NCBI RefSeq assembly: GCF_001949145.1
Contig: NW_019091355.1
Location: 5,281,518-5,338,878, forward strand
Origin: Acanthaster planci
Taxonomy: Eukaryota
Reading direction: 5' to 3'
Length of the DNA: 57,361 nt
The notes beneath the pieces are model-generated. The model was given only the letters and a program-made list of their open reading frames with translations. It was not told the origin of the DNA and did no database searches. Below are positions 26,524 through 37,199 of the stretch, piece after piece. The position numbers were made by a program, and so were the translations under genes. Position 1 is the stretch's first letter, and every line of letters begins with the position of its first letter.

Positions 26524-27090
26524 CTGCAAAAGGAAGGGGCAGAAAGGTAGAAAAACAACAGAACAGAAACGGTACTCTGTAAAACAGTTTGATCAAACAT
26601 CCACTCCTCTAAATGATGACGATTTAACAAGACACAACTGTTGGGCTTGAATTTGAAGTGTAAAGTTCATGAAACTCGGTTGGTTACTGCCATGATATCA
26701 TTATGGCTACACAATTAACAGTACAATGTTCAATCACTGACTAGCAGTAAGCAACAAAACCTCGTGGAAAATAAGGCCAACACCTCTGACACTCCAGGAA
26801 TCTTTGATGCTAACAGCAGTGTTCCCAGCACTGTGTCAATGACCAATATAGACATCTTCATATCAGGCATAAACAAAAAAGGCCCTAAAATACTCTTAAA
26901 ATGTGAATGAAAAGGATAAGAAGCATGGTAAAGAGAGCTACAAGGTTCATTTCAAAAGACTGCATTACAAAAGTGGCATTTATTCATCAAGTCTCAATGC
27001 TTGGCTGGACACAGTCACTTTCACATAAAGGTGGGAAAAAACGAACTGCCTAACTGACAAGCAAAGGGACACTTCACCAGCTGTCCTCAC

Positions 27091-27379
27091 CCTTATAGTA
27101 GAGTCTGCTGCAGCTGACACTAGCACGTCGTCAGAGCTGTTCACGGCGATGGCAATCACAGCGTCCTGGTGGCCCTCCAAGGTCCTCTCCAGGGCCCTGG
27201 TACCGCTCTTGAAGACCCGAAGCTTGTAGTCGGCTGACCCGCTGATGACTCGCTGGCCTCCATGAGTCATCAGGATCGAGGTGACCACCCCTTTGTGCTC
27301 GGCCAGGGTGCCAGTGCACTCCGCCTTGTCGGTGCACCAGACCTTGACCGTTTTGTCAGTGGAGCCCGTGAGGAGCCAT
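27091..27379 (-). CDS. NWD-like exon K: WD40 repeats (WLLTGSTDKTVKVW...LEGHQDAV...DSTIR)
   Basis: Acceptor tttaccag, donor AGG|GTGAG; 289 nt, phase 2 to 0. Confidence 0.92.
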
Positions 27380-27599
27380 CTGGTAAAGGTAGGATGGAGT
27401 TTTGGTTGAGTACTGACATGCTACAGCTGATGATCCATATGCACGGAACAATCAGTGGAGTGGTTGACTTATCAAAACTCCCTCCCCCCCCAGCATTTTT
27501 CTCAGGAACCTTTCATAATCCTCTAAAATCTTACACTTGCATTCATTTTGATTTAGCATCTATAAATATACACCCAGAGAGATGTGGTTCATAATTTAC

Positions 27600-27903
27600 C
27601 TGTTATCATCTGACGTCTCAATGCACGTCACCTCCATGTCGTGACCTTTGACCTCCCAGATCTTCTCATGGGAGGCGATCCGGAATGCTGCGAGAAAGGT
27701 CTCCCTCAGGACACAGTACACCACCTGGTTGTCGTCGGACAGCGCCATCTTGTGCACGGCGCCCCCGCAGGGCACAGCAGTGACGTAGGGCTCACGCGGG
27801 GTGGGAAGCCAGGAGGCCAAGGGCACAATGAGGGGGCGAGTGAACTGCTCACACCACTCCATGGCCTGGTTGACCAGACACTCCAGGCTGCCTGGGTAGT
27901 CCG
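27600..27903 (-). CDS. NWD-like exon J: helical linker and first WD40 repeats
   Basis: Acceptor tcctcag, donor AG|GTAAA; 304 nt, phase 1 to 2; LIVP...L..P motif then KGHDMEVTCI. Confidence 0.9.
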
Positions 27904-29144
27904 CTGAGGAGGGAGGGAAATTTAGTCATCCTTGGGAACGTTCCAGTGAGAACTGCAGTTAACTTTAGCTTGACCAATGCTGCCAGAGCAATGGATGGTT
28001 GGACCATCGAGCTGACCATTTAGGACCAGGCCATTGGTCGTAAATGTATTGCTGGTTATCAACAGCCTTTTTTTCAAGAAGTACAGTGAAAACCATTGAC
28101 AGCAAATAACTGTGCAAATGGCCAGGAACATGAATGCAAATCAGGCAGAGTCAAACATTCACACAGCAAGGACCACATCAACACTGGGAAGCACTACAGC
28201 TCACTGTTCCTGTCAACGGATGGCACATCAGACGTATCTGAGCAACAGTGAAGATCAGCAACCTTAGCAAGGTACCCAATGACACCAGCTTCAATGTCAG
28301 CAATATCAGCATTCCCCACACCACTGAACCAGACCTGCACGTGATAACCACTGAGGAGGTGTTTGCGCAGTAAAGAACCAGAACCAAACCAATGGGTCCT
28401 TCGTACCTTCGGTCTATGACCCTCTTAGACCCACCCAAGGTGCCTCTCCAAATAACACCCACTACAACAGCGCCGCACATCACCGGGACACCAACTGCCG
28501 ACAAGAGGATTCAAGTCCAACACCCAGCCGAGCTGTTTTGCTTCAGTGCAACATTTCTACAAGTAATCCTTCCATCTAGTACTTAAGCCCTACATCCCTT
28601 GAGTCTGGCACTCTCTCTCCTGAAGATGAACTGAACACCCTTTTTGAAATGTCAAGAATGAAACCTTTGCTTCTTCCACAGCCACACATGGTCAGAAAAG
28701 AGAACTGCTCCTTTAGTGTTATTGTCAACCTTGTTGTATTTCATACTTCCCCATACATACATGTAGCCCCACGTCTTCAAAATTCTGTCCAGTTCTAGAA
28801 AGTAACCCTTATTTTAATCATGGGTGATTAAAACCAACCAACACTACCCCCACTGAGCACAAACAAAACAAAACACAAGTGTCGAGTGCAACTCAAATTA
28901 ACGTTTGACTGTAACCCTATTTAATATGATTAAGACATCAAATTCATCTGTCAAAAATAAATGTCTCATGCCAGAAATTGATGACATTTTAAATATGACA
29001 CTTTCCTAATTTATTGAAAGAAGTTGAAAATATGTGATTCCCTTCTTCAAGTTCATTTAAACATTATTCAAGCTATCCATGTGATTCGTAAAAATTGTTT
29101 GTTCCATGTAGAGGTACATATCAAACTTGGTTTTAACCTCTAAC

Positions 29145-29378
29145 CTTTGATGGGCAACAGCCGGCCAATCAGCTCAGCGGCAAGCTGCAGTGGGTCAGCC
29201 ATCAGCGCTGGTGCGCTGAGAAGGATGGCGCTGCGGGTCAGGTCAACCTCTGAGTCGATGACCATGCCACGGATGGTGTCAAAGTCCTGCAGCAGCTGGT
29301 AGACGGACATGGCATGGGCCTTGGCCAGCAGGTACTCAAAGTTGCACATGGTGGTTGATTTCAGACGCTTCATGTCGC
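29145..29378 (-). CDS. NWD-like exon I: DMKRLKSTTMCNFEYLLAK...DPLQLAAELIGRLLPIK
   Basis: Acceptor tcttcag, donor AAG|GTTAG; 234 nt, phase 1 to 1. Confidence 0.92.
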
Positions 29379-30252
29379 CTGAAGATCCGAAGAGTTAAAA
29401 GGTTTAAAGGTTTTCTCAGACACACTTTTTCTTCTTTTTAAATGACGGATAAACACTGAGAGTAAGTGTTCAGTTGTGCCATGAGGACATCAGTTCTGTG
29501 CAATGTTACACTTTTCTTCAATGTATAGAAAGAATGTGACCTCCTTTTAGGGTAAATTTGTTGAGAAAGGCAATTTTAAACATTTATAATTATTTGTGCT
29601 TTTGCGGACCCCTTTGTGAGCACTGTTGCTATGATATCAATCAGGGAAGACACTGTTCAGTTTATAAGTTTCTCTGTTCAAGTCATGAACCCAAACTTTA
29701 AATTTACTCATGGAAAACATTTCTGAGCAAGGGTTGTTCATTAGCTGTAGTGCAAAGTAATTACATGACAATAAATTTCTAAAGAAAAGGAGAAATGTTG
29801 AGAGCAAAATATCCAAAATTCCACAAGTTCCACAAACCAATGCATCATTCAAGTTTACTCCTTAGAATGACATCAGAGTTTTGCTTGCGAATATGGGAGT
29901 TAGAACAAAACCAAAAAGCCAGCCAAATACCTTATAAAAACATGAAGAAAAACAAAAAGTGTTTACACAAAGTTAGGCTATCAAAGACTGCTTTTACAAA
30001 GCGGCCTTGCATGGTCCCTTTAAAGATGTGTCATGTCCGCTACAGTTTGTAGCACACTGTCCAGTAATTATTTCATTTTAATTCTAGCATGTCAGTACAC
30101 TTCCACAGTCATTCCAATTTGAAAATCACAAGAGTGTGAACAATGGAAAGACACGAAAATTTCTCTAGACAGTTGATTTTTACAGTGGGGCTGGAAATAG
30201 GAAGCATGAATGTGCTAGAAATACATGTATGTCAAGCTATGCTGTAAAGAGT

Positions 30253-30510
30253 GGGGGCATGTGGCCAAGTGGTTAGGGCTTGTGGATTCCAATCATAGGG
30301 TTGGAGGTTCGAATCCAGCCGCTGGCAGCATGTTGTCGGCCTTGGCAAGCCAATTCTCCCCTGGCTGCCTCTCTCCACCCCGGAGTATAAATGGGCGCCA
30401 GCATTAGCTGGGGAAGCAACCTGCAATGGACTGGCATTCCATTCAGTGGGGAATAGAAATAGTCATTTCATGCCAAGGAAACTGGCTCGAACCAGACTTG
30501 CTTTATATGC
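30253..30510 (+). mobile_element. tRNA-derived SINE with CORE-like central domain
   Basis: Pol III A box TGGCCAAGTGG (30262-30272), B box GGTTCGAATCC (30306-30316), then ccttggcaag...ctctctccaccccggagtataaatggg and aacctgcaatggactggcattccattcag; right boundary approximate. Confidence 0.75.
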
Positions 30511-30885
30511 TGTAAGGCGAGTGTCCTGGGTGTGCAATTATGTCATGGTGAGGGGGCAAATTTCAGGTGTTACTGTCCAACAGAACAGATTTACACAAAA
30601 CGATAATCGATTCAAAGCATCTTACACAACACAATGGGCCAATGTCAAAGAAGAGCTTGGCAACAGAAATCTGCTAAGCTTAGAAAATACTCGCTTGGCA
30701 AAAAAAAGGTTGCCAGCCAATATGCAATGCAATGTGTGCCTGCTGGGAGTGGTTCCGTGCTGATTTTGGCTAAGTATATAAAGCTATATAAGTAGCTCTG
30801 TGAAGCTAGGCCAAGATCTAAGAATCTATATCACTCTTATTGGGAGGAAAACACTCTTGGGATCTTTGGAGAACCTTCCACTTAC

Positions 30886-31188
30886 CAGCATGGGCCAGGT
30901 GGTACCACAGCTCGCTGAGCCGCCGCATGTTGTACCTGGTCTCGCCATAGAGCAGCGGCTGGGGTGCCACCTTGCGGCCCCTCTCCACACCCTCCAGCTC
31001 CCGACCCGGCAGCGACCACACCTTCTCCTTCACCCAGCCTTGCAAGAAGAGCTGGGCCAGCCGGCCGTGGCAGTTTGCCCGGACGCAGCTGTTAGCCAGG
31101 TAGCGCTGGCTGGCAATCTGCCGGATGACCGAGCCGCTCCACGTCAGCACCGTCTTATTGTCGATGAAGCGTTCCTCCAGCAAAGTTC
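30886..31188 (-). CDS. NWD-like exon H: TLLEERF...VAPQPLLYGETRYNMRRLSELWYHLAHA
   Basis: Acceptor acctcag, donor G|GTAAG; 303 nt, phase 1 to 1. Confidence 0.92.
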
Positions 31189-31680
31189 CTGAGGTCAAAG
31201 ACCGAAAACTCATTTGAATTAGTCTCTTCCATATGTATGGAATGCTCACTCATTTTGGATGTTGACATGGCCGGTGAAGAATAGAGGGAATACAGTTCAT
31301 GGTTAAGGTTAGGGATGGAAGAGAGATTTGTGAAGTGTCCGGGGGGGGTGTAACAAGAACAACAATGAAAACAAAATACTGTGACTGGCCAGGGTTTATA
31401 AATAGCTTAAAAGCCATGATTCTCTCACAATGGCCATGGTGATGTGAATCCCACATTTGGCTTTTTGTGCCAAGTGCCATTAGTGTAGCAAACCTGAGTG
31501 ACAAATACTGCAAACATCCACAGTGCTTCCACGTACATCATCAATCCTGATATCCAGAGAAATCCCACCCGTCCACTTGCTAGAGTTATTGGGGGTATGA
31601 TAGCACACTTCGAAAGTCATCTCTCCATAGTTATGAAACAAATCTGTCAGCCATACTCTCAAGTCTCAAGTTGTATTTAC

Positions 31681-31835
31681 CCAGGTCATACTTGAAAGCA
31701 GCCCAGAGGTGATAGGGAAACCTGATGAGGTGAGGGAGGTTTTCGCGATAGATGCTGTCTAGAAGCTCGTCATCGCAGGACAACACATCCATCAGCTCGG
31801 CCTCTGTCAAGCCATGGTGAGCCACCGTCAGATAC
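31681..31835 (-). CDS. NWD-like exon G (winged-helix region): YLTVAHHGLTEAELMDVLSCDDELL...KYDL
   Basis: Acceptor cattcag, donor G|GTAAA; 155 nt, phase 2 to 1. Confidence 0.92.
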
Positions 31836-32435
31836 CTGAATGACAAGTACGTAAAGTCGGAGAACACACAAACAATAGAAGTAAATTAAATTAATGGTAG
31901 GGTGAAGTTTCAAGGCGAGTTTATAATAGACACAAAAGAGAATATGTGAAAGAGTGATTTCAGATCACATCATTGCGCTGCAAATTGGCAACAGCTGAAC
32001 ACATTTCAACTTGAGCACATTTCGCTAGCAAGCTTTTGTGATGTTGAAGTTGTTTCATTTTTGCCTTTGTCTGAATACACCTTAAGGTCCTGTTTTATAC
32101 ACAGCATGCATTCAGGGATATTCTGTGTGACAGAAAACATAACAGTTTTCTGTAGGACTATTTCCACTACAGACAAACAAAAAACAACAGTGGGCAATCA
32201 AAATCAGTGAAACCTTGGTTTGGTTTGGTTTGTCTCGGTTCGAAAGTGCCATGCAGGGATCTTGGTTCGGTTTGGTACTTCGACTGCAGCACTAGAGTTA
32301 GTAACTGCTTACTGAATTGTTTCCACCTTATGTGTCAGTGTGAAACATCATGTGACAGATGTTTTCCATCACTGGACTCAGTCACCTTTGCCTGTGAAAA
32401 TGAGCCCTTAAGGCCGATAAAACTTTCTTTTTTAC

Positions 32436-33711
32436 CTGAGAATGTGACTTGTTATTGTGACACCATGCCTCTCTTCCACATGTTGTAGGACCAGGTTAGC
32501 AGCCTCTGTCAGTGCTGCTACCGGGTCCCGTCCATTTCCCGATGGGTTCACAAACTGTGCCTCATGACACATCAACTTGGCAAACATTGGCAGTGGGTGC
32601 CTCGCCACTGCCCGGGTCACAATCTTGACCTGGTCCGAGGTCAGTGGCCGCGAGTTTTCTGTGAGGAAGAGTTTGACCAACTCAGAGAGTTCCCGGTCAT
32701 TGAGTGAGGTGACCCGGATGAAGTGAGACTCGTTGGGGATCATTTCATGGAGGACCTTTAGGGCGGGGGAGTCTGAGAGTGAGATGACCAGGTGGGTAGA
32801 GGCCGGAAACTCGCTTGGGAGCCACTCCAAGAGCTTCTTGCTCAAGTGTTGAGAGATCTCCTCCGGGATATCCACCACAATGAGCAGAGGCTTGGCTTGG
32901 CTAGGCACGGTGGTCACCACCTTCATAAAGAATGCGGCCAGCTTTTCCCCTTCCCTGGGGACGTCGCTCAGCTTCTTGGGTTTGTAGGCCTCCATGATCT
33001 GCCGGCAGGAGCTCTCCAGGAAGTCCCGCAGGGACTTGCAGTTGGTGGTGCGGCCCAGGAATCGGGCCACCACGGTCACGCCCTCACCCAGCCAGGTGGG
33101 CGCCAAGTGCACCAGCTGTGAAACTACCGTGGTCTTGCCGCTACCCGCCTCCCCATGCAGGATAATAGGATGGTTCTCCTTCCGCGCTTCAGCCTTCAGT
33201 GGGTTCACCAAACCCTCCACTTGGTTGATGACGGAATCCCGGCTGATGAAATTGTTTTTCTGCAAGGCGGCAATCTGGCCATGAGCCATGACCTCCGACA
33301 GGATGCTCTTTGAGTTGTCCACATTGCGTGCGTTCTCCTTCTCCTTCCCTACCTCTTCATTGATGAGTTCCTTGATCCTGAAGACAATCTGTGAGGTCAT
33401 CTCCTTAATGTACTGAGCATGCTCGTCTTTGGTCTTCGGATCAATGCCACCTGAGGACCACGGGGTCGTGTACGTGAAAATGTTCTCCTCGCACACCAGA
33501 GATGGAATCTTGGTCTCCTTGAGGAACTTGATCCTCTCTTGGGCTTTCTTGTAGATCTTTGGCCGGCTGGGTTTCCTTATGTCCACATAATTGTGCATTT
33601 CTTGGTTCTCTACATTTTGTGGAAAGTCTTCCAGGGTGCGGAAAATGTAGAGGCATTTCCTGCCTCCATTGCTGGACAGCTGGTGAGCATGGAGAATCTC
33701 ATTTTCAATTG
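32436..33711 (-). CDS. NWD-like exon F: NACHT NTPase domain
   Basis: 1276 nt, contains the 388-aa ORF; Walker A GEAGSGKT at 33131-33154, Walker B region LLIVVDIPEE at about 32855-32887; acceptor ttacag, donor AG|GTAAA; phase 1 to 2. Confidence 0.95.
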
Positions 33712-34536
33712 CTGTAAGAGATTAAACAATCAACATATATACCGGTAGAAAATACAGTGATTTTTTTTTGGAATAGTCTTACAAACAGTGGTCAAACCCC
33801 CGCTTGAAACATAATTCCCAATTTCAACTTTTTCCGGTCCTTTCCCAGATTACTGATATTGGATATTGCTAATCCATTGTGTACTCTTCACAACCAAAGA
33901 GAAAAAAAAACACGAAAAACTTCAGTTAAATTACAGCTTATCACCCAGTGAAAAGGCCATTTTGAACGGGATTGAACAGCTTACTTGTGCTGGTAGAGAT
34001 GGTTACTGCATTTGGCTGAGCCAATTCAGCATTTAACAATACATGCTCAAAACAAAGTGTGAATTATCATGGATAATGTGAGAATACCAATGCACGCACA
34101 CGATGCAGGCCTTATCAGTGCAGCTGTGAGTTGACTCTCATGCACTCAACATGTTTGAACAGCGGGTGCTTTGCTCTTGAATGCCCTTGCCTTTCTGAAA
34201 CTAACCGGCTCATTAGCACTGTGCGTGGAAATGTTAAAGTTAAGAAGTAAACATGCTGGGAAGCCAAGATGGTCTGCTGATACTTTACAGGCCCGATGAG
34301 CAGGGGTAACACTGATGTAACCATCAAAGCACAAAGTATTGGTTGATTTCAAACACAAACTTATTTCCCACTGCCATGATATTCAGAACAACAAAAGGAC
34401 TAACATTTGCCAAACAAGGACTACAAGACAAGGTGTACAGAATTTGTTATTCCTCATGACCTGTGACCTGTGAACAAAAGAGGTCTGCACACAGCAGGCA
34501 GTGAGGACTTTGCCTGGACTTGGAACACCATATTAC

Positions 34537-34688
34537 CTGACATGTGGTATTTGTGGAGTTGCTCTTCGTTAAGCAGCCCTTCGTCGTGGACGTACTCCGA
34601 GCACTGCTGCAGGATTTCTAGCAGGGAGTCATGGGTCTTCTTCCACTTGGCCACGTCCTTCTCATGGGCTTCTTTGTTCTCCTCACTC
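34537..34688 (-). CDS. NWD-like exon E: SEENKEAHEKDVAKWKKTHDSLLEILQQ...KYHMS
   Basis: Acceptor ccctctag, donor CAG|GTAAT; 152 nt, phase 2 to 1. Confidence 0.88.
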
Positions 34689-35020
34689 CTAGAGGGAGAC
34701 GAGTTAAGACGTCAGCAGGGTAGTTTTCAAATCTACGCTTTGGCAATGCTATAGTAACCACGGCAAAAACCCATATCAAGTTGCAAAGGTTTTGGGAGGA
34801 GGCCTTGAGCTTGTCAGGGAAATACAGGTAAGCACAACTACCGAATCTTGTAAAGATACCGCTCTAACTTTCCTTTGTGGTAAATTGACTTTCTGGCTAG
34901 TTCTCAAACTTCCTAAACTACGACGGTGTAATGCAGACAAATGAGATATTACAAAGAGCTTCAAGGGTACAGTGGCTGTGTGGATTGACATAGATACCAA
35001 GTGGTCATGAAAATGCTTAC

Positions 35021-35123
35021 TGGTCATAGTAGAATTTTAGCTTTGCTGATATCGGGGATAGCGTGTAGACTTGTTCCTGTCCATCTGCCTCTGGTAGGTA
35101 CCACTCATCCAAGATATTAATAT
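35021..35123 (-). CDS. NWD-like exon D: (D)INILDEWYLPEADGQEQVYTLSPISAKLKFYYD
   Basis: Acceptor tgtttcag, donor CA|GTAAG; 103 nt, phase 1 to 2; L..WY....Y.L.PI motif typical of NWD proteins. Confidence 0.88.
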
Positions 35124-36545
35124 CTGAAACACAAAATGAAATGGATAGTCAATAGCAGGGATAATCACTCATGTTCAAGAAAGGAAAAACGCAGAACCGA
35201 TCCCAAGATGTGTCATTAGTGCTGGATTACCTTTTAGACATTTTCAATAAATAATTTTCTTATTAAACTTCCATAATTACTTTGTCATTTTCATAATAAA
35301 AATGAGGATATATGTTTATTTTTGTATCATGTCTTGGATGTGTTAATTTTATTGCCCAGTAATGGTCACATGCCCAGTCTATAAAAAGGCTAATTACTAC
35401 ATACAATTTGTTACATAATTTCATACAATTTATCGAAGAAGTACCTTTGACTCCATATGCAGGGTACATTAACATGGGTGCAAATGAAAAACACAAATTA
35501 GCAAAATCCTGTCTAATCCTTTATTTGTTAAAAAAGTGGGACTTGTACCAAGAATATTCAAGTTCACATGACCACAAGAAAAACAGTTCTTGAATTCTTG
35601 AATGAATATGAATGTGAGTGCGTGGCAGGTGCACTCCCTTCCTCTCCCTCTCAAAAAAACAACCAAAAAAAAACAACAAAAGACAAAAAAAAAATCCCCA
35701 ATAAATAAACAAAAGATACAAACATCACAATCTCTCAACTGAGTGCCCCAACAAAAAGTCATTTGTAAGGAAAAAACGTGGCAAATTTTAAATGTATTGA
35801 AAATGTGCATTTCCCAATGAGAGTAACCAAAAAGTGCCGACAGTCTTCTGAAGTTTAAGAGTAAAAAGTTGCACACACAAAATATGTTTCCAAGTACAAT
35901 TCACATCCTGGCCTCCTTTAAGGGTATAATGGTGTACTGAATGGTGGTAAATGTGTGGTTTAAACTGCCTTGAGGTCTCCTTGAATAAGTGCATCTGGTT
36001 GTGAATAATGTTTTAACTACTAGCTATTTTTGCACCACTTAAACTTGCTTGTTTTCATGACATTTTAAGTAACATTGCTAGCTTTGACCAGAAGTTAATG
36101 GCCAACAATTTGCTCAAAATGTTAAAAAAACAAGGAAGGTATGATTGTGTAAAAATAACTTGTTCTCCTGCAGCTTGAGCCTGAGGGGCTTGTCAAGTCA
36201 CTGACAATGGTAGAACTGCTAAAGGTGAGAGCCCATTGTCAGCAGCCAATCCCTGCTCAGCATCACTGCTCATAACTGCTTTTCCAGTCAGTAAGAAGTG
36301 GTTAAGAATTGCTAAATTTCCCCTGATTCCGTTCAACCTTTTTGCTTCATATTTTGTAGCACAGCCCTCGAGGCTATGCCAATGGTTAATGGCTCACATG
36401 TGAAGAGCTACTCATAGTGACTGGTATGCTCAAGGCATGTACTGTGCAATGTGGTGGCATAAAGTACTGGCTCTTGGCAGTGCTTTGGCGGGTGACGGGC
36501 TTTGAACAAATGGGGATGATCAAACTGTCTTTAATTAACCAGCAA

Positions 36546-36755
36546 AGTCAGTGATGGTCGAGTGGTTAAGACGTCTCGACACCAAGAAGACGGCAAGCTC
36601 AGTGGTCGAATGGTTAAGATGTCTGCACTAGTAAGCAGGAGGTCATTGGTTTGAGTCCCACCCAAGTACGCTTGAGTTTTTTTCACAAGCCTTCGGGGAC
36701 AAACACTGAGTACACAGTGTTATAACACCTGTCGGGCAGGGCAATAAAAATCCAA
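36546..36755 (+). mobile_element. tRNA-derived SINE (family 2) with duplicated head and 13-bp flanking direct repeat
   Basis: A-box TGGTCGA(G/A)TGGTTAAGA twice (36555, 36603), B-box-like GGTTTGAGTCCC, body tttttcacaagcc..cgg..ac....gagtacac; AATTAACCAGCAA at 36533-36545 and 36756-36768. Confidence 0.7.
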
Positions 36756-37099
36756 AATTAACCAGCAAGGTGTCGACTGCTTCGACGTGGAATGTGCCAT
36801 TTCTAATGATTGATGTAACAAAATTAGCAACTGTTTTGTCCAATGTTGTGCCGATTTAGTCCAAATGATGAATAGTTGTGACTTGCCTGTTAACTTCAGA
36901 CTGTCCTGGGCAAAAGTGGTTGCCACTCTCAGCCTCGAGTGCAGTATACTGAACACAAAGTGCAGTATACTGTGGGGTTGACCCATGTACAAAACATTGA
37001 TTCTCTTTTTGGGTGGCCATTTAAAGGAACGACACTTCAGTTTCCCAGCTTATACCCACGGTGAAGAATTTAAATATTGATTCAGATATGCTTATGTAC

Positions 37100-37199
37100 C
37101 TTTGCCAGCCTCAAATGCACAATCCCTGATGTGGCTGAATTCTGTTGAGTCGACCCGCGTTGGCAGCACGTAGTCTCCGTATTTATTGCCGATGATGGA
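37100..37199 (-). CDS. NWD-like exon C: SIIGNKYGDYVLPTRVDSTEFSHIRDCAFEAGK
   Basis: Acceptor ttttttcag, donor AAG|GTACA; 100 nt, phase 0 to 1; the GxKYG motif continues exon B across a 15.7-kb intron. Not in the ORF track. Confidence 0.88.

Noticed and set aside
27960..28590. Decayed LINE fragment (A/C-rich; ...LHVITTEEVFAQ)
   Set aside because: Only faint resemblance, multiple stops and no reverse-transcriptase motifs
30253..30330. tRNA gene (also 36600-36665 and 46104-46170)
   Set aside because: A/B boxes are present but there is no convincing acceptor stem or cloverleaf, and each continues into a SINE body
30800..33284. Plus-strand ORFs (30800-31192, 32792-33121, 32994-33284; similarly 20388-20735 and 27262-27594) as a nested antisense gene
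   Set aside because: Shadow ORFs opposite GC-rich exons; no recognisable protein features
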